Source: Auanema rhodensis (lineage: Eukaryota > Animalia > Nematoda). Taken from it: a DNA stretch of 64,000 nt. The position numbers were made by a program, and so were the translations under genes. Shown here piece by piece: positions 10,159 through 18,925 of the stretch; position 1 is the stretch's first letter, and each line of letters begins with the position of its first letter. Below the pieces are notes generated by a model, which searched no databases, was not told the DNA's origin, and worked only from the letters and a program-made list of their open reading frames with translations. The stretch covers positions 16,120,001-16,184,000 of the forward strand of contig OZ059899.1 in assembly GCA_964057225.1 (NCBI GenBank), given 5' to 3'.

Positions 10159-11016
10159 TTATTTCATATTTTTAACATGCAATGTAACAACTGTAGAACC
10201 ATAATTAAATTGCATAGGACGACCAAATTCATCTAAAATTTCAATACGTATGGTATCGAGTGTTTGTCTAGTGATTGGTACATAACGAATAGGATTAAAT
10301 GTTTTGGCAATCATTTTACCAAATTCAGTAGGAGGTGGTACAGGCAAACATGCAAGTAAATTAGCTTTCACATTACCAAGAATGGAATATTCTACAATAT
10401 CACAATATATATACATTGTATTAATGTTATTTGAAAAATCAATGGGACGCCTGGCTATTATTGTATCGTTGATGTTTTTATTTTCAAAACCAAGAAAATA
10501 TGCAAAATCATCACCAAGCGTTGCATTCATTAATAGTCGCTTGCTTGTTACAAACTCTATGCGCTGCAATGTTTTGTTAAACTGAAATGTGGCGTCTGCG
10601 AGCATTTCCTCCACTAGCTTAGCCTCAGCCTGGCGATTATTATACCATTTTTTTACATCTTCATCTTTATCTATTAAACTTTTTATACGTGCTTCTTCCT
10701 CAGCGCCAAGAGGCTTTGTATTGTTGGCGATAAATGATTCTCTTCCAGCATTGATTCCGCGTATTATTTCATCACCATTTGCATAGTTGCCTTTAGGCAA
10801 GTGTAGAATAAATTTTCTATTGGAAAAACGTAGTGTATAAGATAAATCTTTTTGAACATTTAATATAGAACAAGGAAAAATGATGTCTGTCAGCCCAATG
10901 CAATATCTATTATTGCGTAGCCTTAGTGTTTCAGGTAATCTGGTAAGAAACACTGATGATGTATTACTTTTTTCAGAGTCAACTGATGATGGAAGAGTAA
11001 TGTAAAAATCATCCAT
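10159..11016 (-). CDS. Minor capsid/penton protein (single jelly-roll, Polinton PX), 285 aa
   Basis: FYITLPS N-terminus, MYIYCDIVEYSILG, IRIEILDEFGRP..F....VVTLH C-terminus. Confidence 0.87.
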   Translation of the reverse strand: MDDFYITLPSSVDSEKSNTSSVFLTRLPETLRLRNNRYCIGLTDIIFPCSILNVQKDLSYTLRFSNRKFILHLPKGNYANGDEIIRGINAGRESFIANNTKPLGAEEEARIKSLIDKDEDVKKWYNNRQAEAKLVEEMLADATFQFNKTLQRIEFVTSKRLLMNATLGDDFAYFLGFENKNINDTIIARRPIDFSNNINTMYIYCDIVEYSILGNVKANLLACLPVPPPTEFGKMIAKTFNPIRYVPITRQTLDTIRIEILDEFGRPMQFNYGSTVVTLHVKNMK

Positions 11017-11095
11017 GACAAACCACCACTTGATACGTGTACACTATTGCAAATGAAATCATTTGCATTTTAGGTACATTTACGAGTGGTTGATT

Positions 11096-11743
11096 ATGGT
11101 TTTCAGCTTCAAACTACCCAGTCAGACAACTGTAATAGGTGCTACCCAATGCGGTAAAACAACCCTCATAAAGCACATATGTGAAAATACTGAAAAGTTT
11201 TTCAACGTCCCCATTGATAGAATATTCTGGTTCAGTCAATGTGGGTCATCGTCAGGTGTACCAATAAATGATGAGCGTTTAATAATTATTCAAGGGCCGC
11301 CTGATCCTGATTTGATAAAAGAACAAAAGGGAGTAAATACTATACTAGTGCTGGATGATTTGATGAACTTTTTTTCATCGAATAAAGCAGCAAAGGAATT
11401 ACTCAACAACATTTTTACAGTATGGGCTCATCACTGGAATTTGGCAGTGTTTAATCTTGTGCAAGCGGCATTTCAACTGGACAGGACCAGTCGAATCAAT
11501 AGTACATATATAATACTGATGAAAAGTCATTCAGATATATTACAAATACGTAATTGTCTGCAGCAATTATTTGGGCCACGTTTCAAAAATGCTCTAGAGG
11601 CGTATGATGATGCAATGTCTACTCCCTATAGTCATTTACTGATTGACAATCATCCTTTAACAAGTGAGAAGCAGCGTATACTATCTGATATAACAGCGGA
11701 GAACCCTATTGTTTATGTTGCCAGAAATGTGTTTAGTGTTTAA
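11096..11743 (+). CDS. A32/FtsK-like genome-packaging ATPase
   Basis: Walker A GATQCGKT, Walker B ILVLDD, RINSTYI and PYSHLLID motifs. Confidence 0.93.
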   Translation: MVFSFKLPSQTTVIGATQCGKTTLIKHICENTEKFFNVPIDRIFWFSQCGSSSGVPINDERLIIIQGPPDPDLIKEQKGVNTILVLDDLMNFFSSNKAAKELLNNIFTVWAHHWNLAVFNLVQAAFQLDRTSRINSTYIILMKSHSDILQIRNCLQQLFGPRFKNALEAYDDAMSTPYSHLLIDNHPLTSEKQRILSDITAENPIVYVARNVFSV

Positions 11744-11755
11744 AGTGCTTGTTCA

Positions 11756-12064
11756 ATGAGTGGTCGTATTTTGTCAAATTTCAACTTTTTGTCTTCTTGC
11801 GCCAAAACTCCTTGTTCTGTTTCCTCATTTTCTTTTGCACAAATTGAAATTATTGTTGAAATTGTATTTAATATTGTGAAAAATAATAATTTTCTTTTAA
11901 CTAACAAGGAATATAAAACCCTCTTGCCCATATCTTCATTATTACGTCAAATAGCTTTGATACGCACACCGGAAAAGGCTAAATCATTATTGGCAACGCT
12001 TTCACACAAACAATTGAAAACAATAGTTACATGTGGTATTGCCTATTTTGGTTTTAAATCATGA
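11756..12064 (+). CDS. Small Polinton hypothetical protein, 102 aa
   Basis: ATG ORF packed between the ATPase and the next gene (ATGA overlap); IVEIVFNIVKNNNFLL resembles the small helical ORF common in Polintons. Confidence 0.6.
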   Translation: MSGRILSNFNFLSSCAKTPCSVSSFSFAQIEIIVEIVFNIVKNNNFLLTNKEYKTLLPISSLLRQIALIRTPEKAKSLLATLSHKQLKTIVTCGIAYFGFKS

Positions 12065-12777
12065 AGCTCAACCATAAATATCGACTAATTCCTGTCGACG
12101 AGGAAACAATTAATATAGACAAGTTTGATGCAGAGCTCAAGCTTTTACGAGAAAATAGAGCTATACCCGACTATAAAAAGGCTGAACTATACGAAGACTT
12201 GATTGCTCGTCTCAAAAACTATAGAGAAAGTATAGATGCGCCCATATCAGTACAAGTGGAAAATGCTGATCCACCTCTATTGCCAGAATACAAGTTGCCA
12301 AGAAAGTATAACAATTTGTGGGAGAAATTTCCAGAGGTGCGCACAAACAAGAATAACCAACTTGTGATTAATAATGAGGCTGTACCAAACACGAATATTA
12401 CAAAAATTTTAGATTTTGTATTGGATAAAACAAAAACGGAGCCCAATGGATTTTCAGTCTTGTCAAAGTTTTTAGCCAGTAAAGGCGTACCAAGTTCTAA
12501 CAAGAAACAAACTAGAAGAGAGTCGGCTGACAATGATTCAGTTGACGTTGTAACTAGAGCTGAACCGGCTGTTACAGACTTGGACTCTACTATATTACCT
12601 AGAACGCCTCGTCATCGTAAAGCTGTTATTCGATATTCACCATCACCGGTTCGTACACTCAAAAGTAAAAGGTCAAAGACTTTTGATACTGCCGCCGAAT
12701 CATATTACACACCACAAGAAGGAGACTCACAGAATGGCCAAGGTCGTAAAAGGTTCTACATTAGATTATGGAAATGA
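12061..12777 (+). CDS. Polinton hypothetical (PZ/core-like) protein, 238 aa
   Basis: KYRLIP N-terminus, Ser/Arg/Pro-rich C-half, ends QNGQGRKRFYIRLWK. Confidence 0.72.
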   Translation: MKLNHKYRLIPVDEETINIDKFDAELKLLRENRAIPDYKKAELYEDLIARLKNYRESIDAPISVQVENADPPLLPEYKLPRKYNNLWEKFPEVRTNKNNQLVINNEAVPNTNITKILDFVLDKTKTEPNGFSVLSKFLASKGVPSSNKKQTRRESADNDSVDVVTRAEPAVTDLDSTILPRTPRHRKAVIRYSPSPVRTLKSKRSKTFDTAAESYYTPQEGDSQNGQGRKRFYIRLWK

Positions 12778-13801
12778 TATTTTGGCGAGCATTTATTACG
12801 ATATAAAACACCCAGCTTCATATACATCAGCCAAGAATTTATTATCGCAAGCACGAAAACATGGCATTTCAAAGGTACAAGTTGATGATTTTTTGCAAGA
12901 TTCTGAAACTTTTACACGACATAAACCAACCAGAATGCGTATGCAGACTAGAAAGACTAGAGGATGTGGTCGATTTCTAACAGTGCAAGCAGATTTGGTT
13001 GATATGCAAAAATATAAAAAATTAAACGACGGCTATGCTTACATGTTGACCATGATTGATGTTTATACACGCATGTTATATGTTAGGCCTTTGAAAACTA
13101 AAGGTGGTATAGAGGTTGCTAGTGCATTTGAAAGTTTATTCAAGAATTTTATACCAATTCAGTTGATTACTGATAATGGCACAGAGTTTTATAATAGTCA
13201 TTGTGAAAAACTATTCAAAAAGTTTGCCATACTGCACGGATCTACAAGTTCACCACAAAAGGCTGCAATGGTGGAGCGAGCAAATAGAACTTTAAAAACA
13301 CGCATGATGAAATATCTCTATTACAAGAATAATCATCGATGGATTGATATCCTAGATGATTTGGTTGAAGGAATAAACAAATCTTATAACCGCTCTATAA
13401 AAATGCGGCCCATTGATGTTAAAGCAAATATATTCATTGAAGAATATGCATCAGCTGTTAAAAGCCGCTTTAAAATTGGTGATACTGTTCGCATAAGCAA
13501 AAATAGGCGTACTTTTGAAAAAAGCTACGAGTCTGGATATACAATGGAGCTATTCACAATTGATGAGGTTGTAACCGGAAACCCAACCGTGTATAAACTT
13601 GTAGATTATAATGGTGAACGTATAAAGGGAATATTCTACGAACCTGAACTTGTCTTGGCTACTAATAAAAGTAACAAGTACTATATAGAAAAAGTTTTAA
13701 AAGAGCGTACTCGAAGCGGTAAACGTCAAGTATTTGTAAAATGGAGTGGATATCCCGACAACTTTAATGAATGGATAGATGCAGAAAATTTAAATGTATA
13801 A
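12734..13801 (+). CDS. Retroviral-like (rve, DDE) integrase with C-terminal chromodomain
   Basis: QADLVD / TDNGTEF / VERANRT catalytic D-D-E; YYIEKVLKER...VFVKWSGYPDNFNEWI chromodomain. Confidence 0.96.
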   Translation: MAKVVKGSTLDYGNDILASIYYDIKHPASYTSAKNLLSQARKHGISKVQVDDFLQDSETFTRHKPTRMRMQTRKTRGCGRFLTVQADLVDMQKYKKLNDGYAYMLTMIDVYTRMLYVRPLKTKGGIEVASAFESLFKNFIPIQLITDNGTEFYNSHCEKLFKKFAILHGSTSSPQKAAMVERANRTLKTRMMKYLYYKNNHRWIDILDDLVEGINKSYNRSIKMRPIDVKANIFIEEYASAVKSRFKIGDTVRISKNRRTFEKSYESGYTMELFTIDEVVTGNPTVYKLVDYNGERIKGIFYEPELVLATNKSNKYYIEKVLKERTRSGKRQVFVKWSGYPDNFNEWIDAENLNV

Positions 13802-14099
13802 TTTTTCAATGTTATAAACAATTGTAATTATAATAAATGATTTATTTGATATATCGCATAATGTAACAATAAAAAACCAGCAAAATACAAACAACAATTC
13901 AACCTGGAAAAAAAAAAAAAATGTAGACTATTCAAATTTTCAAATTCTTACCAGTTGGTTGATCATTCGTCCTCAATTGATGAGCCATTGATGGATAATC
14001 GCAAGAGCTGGAAAAAAAAATGTTACGGCTGAGAATATAAAAATGCCACATAACAAAACAAGAATAAAACGCCAATTGTACTATTTGTGCTTGTTGTAG

Positions 14100-14684
14100 T
14101 CAAAATGAAGGATCAAAGCGGATAAACATGTTCAGGTTGAGTGCTTCTGGACTTAGTTTAAAGTAGAATACATTCTGCTTATAACCAAAAGTCTTTACAG
14201 TAGCCTCATCTGCATATATAACAATATAGCCCATATTGTTCAACAATTGCTTGCACGTCATGGTGTTATAAGAGCGCATCTAAAAAATGATAAAATTGAA
14301 AATAAATAAATATGCAAGCTTACATTAATAGAGAACTTTTCGGGCTTATAGTGACGAAATTCCTTCAAAAGACCCAACGCATCATTCCTTCCTCTACACT
14401 TTATACAGAGGCTGAAACAGTGATACTCGTCTATAACCTGCAATGATTCCCTACAAGTTTTGCAGAGACAAATTGGTCTCATTAATACACTCCTTGGTGG
14501 AGTGCTCTCTCTCAGAATCTCCATCTGCTTTATTGGTGAATCTAAATTAAAGATTTAAAAAATACAAGTTAAGGTTCATACCAAAACTTGTAAAATTTGG
14601 AGCTGGTGTGGGTGGTCGTGGTACTTCAGGTTCAGGCGATTTGCGCACCACATTTGTCACATCAGCAAGTACAGCACGCTTCAT
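14100..14684 (-). CDS. Spliced orphan protein (~166 aa, 3 exons) with N-terminal D-box-like motif, CDK consensus sites and Cys-rich domain
   Basis: Exons 14684-14582, 14541-14324, 14279-14100 with 40- and 44-nt GT-AG introns give an open frame: MKRAVLADVTNVVRKSPEPEVPRPPTPAPNFTSFDSPIKQMEILRESTPPR...CLCKTC...HCFSLCIKC...FIRFDPSF. Confidence 0.75.
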
Positions 14685-15312
14685 TTCCGCTAAAGATCCA
14701 ACTTTCTAAAATATAAGGCAAACTTGCAGAGAGGAGCAGTCTATGGCGATTGGCAAAGAGTGGCAGGAGATGGTGAAACGTCGGATCCTCGGATAGTTGG
14801 CAGAGCTGAAATGTAAATGTAGCAAAATTGCCAACCTTTTATACAAAGATTTTTGTAAAGTACAACCCATTGTGTTACAATCAAGTTTGCTGATGAAATT
14901 CTTTTATTAATTAGATTTTACAGCATATTTATGCAGATATACTCATCTCATCGACAGTTGCCAGCAGTTGGCGCACTCTGAACCTGTAAACAATCTGCAT
15001 ATTATTTTTACATCTCTTTAAACATTATTGTTTACCGTTTGTGCCATAAACAACAGCCATCTCTGTAAAACATTTAGGCTTTTTAAACTTTGCTTAATAG
15101 CTCATATATTATTCATAGTATGCTTTTACACCCATATTGTAGCACAAAACATATGACTGCCAACGTTTTATATGTGAAAATATTTCATTCTTTAATATTT
15201 ACCAATGATTATATTACGAAACTAAAACTTTTGAAATGTTAAAATGATTATCCTATATTTAGACCCCCACAGTGCAGTTATTACTGTTTATTAACCATCG
15301 ATATGCGTGGCG

Positions 15313-16239
15313 TTGAGGTCAGCGCAACTGTTTGTTAATCTTATTGTATTTACCTTCAATGTGTGCTCTATAGAGTTATTGTATTGTTATATTAGTAAAA
15401 TAAAGTTTAAAACTAATCTTTTCTTTTAATTTGAAACTTTTACTTGTTAGAATAAATATAATTAATAACAATTTGTAATTTCAAAAATTAATAATTTAAT
15501 GTCGTTCTTATCGAATTAACCTTCGATATGTGTTCCATTGAATTTTGTATTTCATATCGTTCTTATCGAATTAACCTTCGATATGTGTTCCATTGAATTA
15601 CCCATAACAAGTACGGTGAACAAAATTATCTACATGCAAAAATTTTATTGATCTTTAAAAATACAAATAAAATAGTACAAACACAATACAATAAAAAATA
15701 AACAAAATAAGTAAACAAACATTATTAATAAATATAATAAAGAAATAAAGAAATAAATAAAATTTAAAAACAAATTTATATATTTAAAATTTAAATATAA
15801 TTTATATATAAAATTTAAAGTTTAAATATAATTTATATATATAAAATTTAAATATAATTTAATCATTTAAAGTTTAAATAAAATTTATATATATATATAA
15901 AATTTAAATATAATTTAAATATTTAAAATTTTTATTTTTATTTTTACTTAATATATTTAAAAATAATTGAAAATATATACATACATTTGGAAAAGCATAT
16001 TTAAATTTGATTTAAATTTGATTAAAAAAATCATGCTTTAAATCATGACTTTTATATTTAAAAAAGGAAAATCCATGAACCATGATCCTAAAATATGATT
16101 TTAACAGCTGACGCTCAAAAATATGTTTTTGACAGCTGACGCGCCCCAAAAGTATGTTTTTAGCAGCTGACGCCCCCAAAAGTATGTTTTTGACAGCTGT
16201 TTGGGGGCGTGGTTAGTAAATTTTGCACGGCTCTCTACT
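15313..16239 (-). repeat. Right terminal inverted repeat (~930 bp; only ~1.7 copies of the 55-bp unit at 15502-15599)
   Basis: Reverse complement of 533-1583. Confidence 0.93.
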
Positions 16240-16245
16240 CTCGGC
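16240..16245. repeat. Right 6-bp TSD CTCGGC
   Basis: Identical to 527-532. Confidence 0.96.
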
Positions 16246-16349
16246 CATCTCACCATGATGTGACTATTTCTGTCGTATGTTATATTTGAATTTGATCATC
16301 GCAGTAGGGTAAAAACAATTCTAGCTACGTTGGAATGTCAAAAAATATC

Positions 16350-16431
16350 TGATGAGAGTGGGATTCGAACCCACGCCTACGAAGAGACTGGTGACTAAAA
16401 CCAGCGCCTTAGACCGCCCGGCCATCTTACC
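16350..16431 (-). tRNA. tRNA-Leu(TAG)-like variant (possible pseudogene)
   Basis: Loop TTTAGTC (position 37 T), D-loop, variable-arm and acceptor-stem substitutions; B-box intact. Confidence 0.6.
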
Positions 16432-16552
16432 ATGATGTGACTATTTCTGTCGTATGTTATATTTGAATTTCATAGTAGTAGTAGGGTAAAAACAATGTTA
16501 GTAGTAGTAGGGTAAAAACAATGTTAGCAACGTTGGAATGCCAAAAAATATC

Positions 16553-16634
16553 TGATGAGAGTGGGATTCGAACCCACGCCTCCGAAGAGACTGGTGCCTT
16601 AAACCAGCGCCTTAGACCGCTCGGCCATCTCACC
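16553..16634 (-). tRNA. tRNA-Leu(AAG)
   Basis: Identical to 283-364. Confidence 0.96.
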
Positions 16635-16729
16635 ATGATGTGACTATTTCTGTTGTATGCTATATTCGAATTTCATCATCGCAGTAGGGTAAAAACAATT
16701 TTAGCTAAGTTGGAATGCCAAAAAATATC

Positions 16730-16811
16730 TGATGAGAGTGGGATTCGAACCCACGCCTCCGAAGAGACTGGTGCCTTAAACCAGCGCCTTAGACCGCTCG
16801 GCCATCTCACC
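16730..16811 (-). tRNA. tRNA-Leu(AAG)
   Basis: Identical to 283-364. Confidence 0.96.
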
Positions 16812-16906
16812 ATGATGTGACTATTTCTGTCGTATGTTATATTTGAATTTGATCATCGCAGTAGGGTAAAAACAATTCTAGCTACGTTGGAATGTCAAAA
16901 AATATC

Positions 16907-16988
16907 TGATGAGAGTGGGATTCGAACCCACGCCTCCGAAGAGACTGGTGCCTAAAACCAGCGCCTTAGACCGCTCGGCCGTGTCACC
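16907..16988 (-). tRNA. tRNA-Leu(TAG) variant with altered 5' end (GGTGACACGG)
   Basis: Loop TTTAGGC; U8 to C and acceptor-stem mismatch. Confidence 0.65.
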
Positions 16989-17083
16989 ATGATGTGACTA
17001 TTTCTGTCGTATGTTATATTTGAATTTGATCATCGCAGTAGTGTAAAAACAATTCTAGCTACGTTGGAATGTCAAAAAATATC

Positions 17084-17165
17084 TGATAAGAGTGGGATTC
17101 GAACCCACGCCTCCGAAGAGACTGGTGCCTTAAACCAGCGCCTTAGACCGCTCGGCCATCTCACC
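17084..17165 (-). tRNA. tRNA-Leu(AAG), one acceptor-stem substitution
   Basis: tgataagag instead of tgatgagag. Confidence 0.88.
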
Positions 17166-17260
17166 ATGATGTGACTACTTCTGTTGTATGCTATATTCGA
17201 ATTTGATCATCGCAGTAGGGTAAAAACAATTTTAGCTAAGTTGGAATGTCAAAAAATATC

Positions 17261-17342
17261 TGATGAGAGTGGGATTCGAACCCACGCCTCCGAAGAGACT
17301 GGTGCCTTAAACCAGCGCCTTAGACCGCTCGGCCATCTCACC
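17261..17342 (-). tRNA. tRNA-Leu(AAG)
   Basis: Identical to 283-364. Confidence 0.96.
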
Positions 17343-17437
17343 ATGATGTGACTATTTCTGTCGTATGTTATATTTGAATTTGATCATCGCAGTAGGGTAA
17401 AAACAATTTTAGCTAAGTTGGAATGCCAAAAAATATC

Positions 17438-18176
17438 TGATGAGAGTGGGATTCGAACCCACGCCTCCGAAGAGACTGGTGCTTTTAACCAGCGCCTTAG
17501 ACCGCTCGGCCACTATGGAGCTCATTTTAGTGCAAAAAATTATCTCTATCGTCGTATAGGATTACGGTAGCCTTCTATTTCTATTATATTTCTACTTATT
17601 CCTTGTTTTTCGTTGTTTATTCACCTAATTTCTCTGTTTCTCATGAATATTTTTCTAATTCATCGTTACTTTTATCTTACAATATGGAAAAAATAATTAT
17701 ATTTGAAGTTATTTCTGTCGTCGGCTATGATAAAGTCCGAATCTTTATCAGTGTTGTCAAAAACTGAATATATGTTTTCTCGAGGAGTATAGAACTTGCC
17801 GACTTCCAGCTTCGGCTTCATGTCTGTTTTCTGCAGTTCTCCTCTTTGAACACTGAGAAGACTTGTACGGCTTCTTGTGCGGCTGCCGACACAAGCGTCA
17901 CTGCTGGTATCGGACGGGTAAAAATCTGGGCAAGCCAATGAGAATTTTTTGGCCACCTTTGTAGGACTCTTGGTTTCGAAAAACCGAGAGTGGTGAACTA
18001 CGTGTGGCACGTTGACGTAAGGTGCGTAAGATTGTTTTAGATGTGTGTTAGGAAGAGAGAGAGTTTCAAGAGCAAAAGGACAGGCGTGCTTCGCTGGGCG
18101 ATGCGGAAGGTATATCAGAAGGATTTTTTTCCAACAGTCTCTTCGGAGCAGCCTCAGATCGCTCGGCCATCTCACC
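17438..18176 (-). pseudogene. tRNA-Leu copy interrupted by a ~640-bp insert (17513-18150); anticodon loop mutated to TAAAAGC
   Basis: tRNA stops at ...CTCGGCCA 17512 and resumes GCCTCAGATCGCTCGGCCATCTCACC at 18151. Confidence 0.88.
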
Positions 18177-18271
18177 ATGATGTGACTATTTCTGTCGTAT
18201 GTTATATTTAAATTTGATCATAGCAGTAGGGTAAAAACAATTTTAGCTACGTTGGAATATCAAAAATAATC

Positions 18272-18353
18272 TGATGAGAGTGGGATTCCAACCCACGCCT
18301 ACGAAGAGACTGGTGCCTAAAACCAGCGCCTTAGACCGCCCGGCCATCTCACC
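18272..18353 (-). pseudogene. tRNA-Leu(TAG)-like copy with mutated B-box
   Basis: Same TTGGA B-box, variable-arm and D-loop changes as 106-187. Confidence 0.72.
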
Positions 18354-18448
18354 ATGATGTGACTATTTCTGTCGTATGTTATATTTGAATTTCATCATAG
18401 TAGTAGGGTAAAAACAATGTTAGCAACGTTGGAATGCCAAAAAATATC

Positions 18449-18530
18449 TGTTGAGAGTGGGATTCGAACCCACGCCTCCGAAGAGACTGGTGCCTTAAAC
18501 CAGCGCCTTAGACCGCTCGGCCATCTCACC
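18449..18530 (-). tRNA. tRNA-Leu(AAG), one acceptor-stem substitution
   Basis: tgttgagag variant. Confidence 0.85.
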
Positions 18531-18625
18531 ATGATGTGACTATTTCTGTCGTATGCTATATTCGAATTTGATCATCGCAGTAGGGTAAAAACAATTTTAG
18601 CTAAGTTGGAATGCCAAAAAATATC

Positions 18626-18707
18626 TGATGAGAGTGGGATTCGAACCCACGCCTCCGAAGAGACTGGTGCCTAAAACCAGCGCCTTAGACCGCTCGGCCG
18701 TGTCACC
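18626..18707 (-). tRNA. tRNA-Leu(TAG) variant with altered 5' end
   Basis: Same variant as 16907-16988. Confidence 0.65.
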
Positions 18708-18802
18708 ATGATGTGACTATTTCTGTCGTATGTTATATTTGAATTTGATCATCGCAGTAGTGTAAAATCAATTCTAGCTACGTTGGAATGTCAAAAAATA
18801 TC

Positions 18803-18884
18803 TGATGAGAGTGGGATTCGAACCCACGCCTCCGAAGAGACTGGTGCCTTAAACCAGCGCCTTAGACCGCTCGGCCATCTCACC
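18803..18884 (-). tRNA. tRNA-Leu(AAG)
   Basis: Identical to 283-364. Confidence 0.96.
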
Positions 18885-18925
18885 ATGATGTGACTACTTC
18901 TGTTGTATGCTATATTCGAATTTAA

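Larger units (their letters stand above)
533..16239. mobile_element. Full-length Maverick/Polinton (self-synthesizing, virus-like DNA transposon), 15,707 bp
   Basis: AGTAGAGAG...CTCTCTACT termini, ~1-kb TIRs, 6-bp TSD; pPolB, rve integrase, ATPase, protease, major and minor capsid genes all open. Confidence 0.98.

Noticed and set aside
17672-18178. 168-aa ORF (also 18955-19203 and 40434-40628) containing MVRWPS/VVRWPS
   Set aside because: That peptide is translation of the tRNA 5' end running into insert or flank; no recognisable domain
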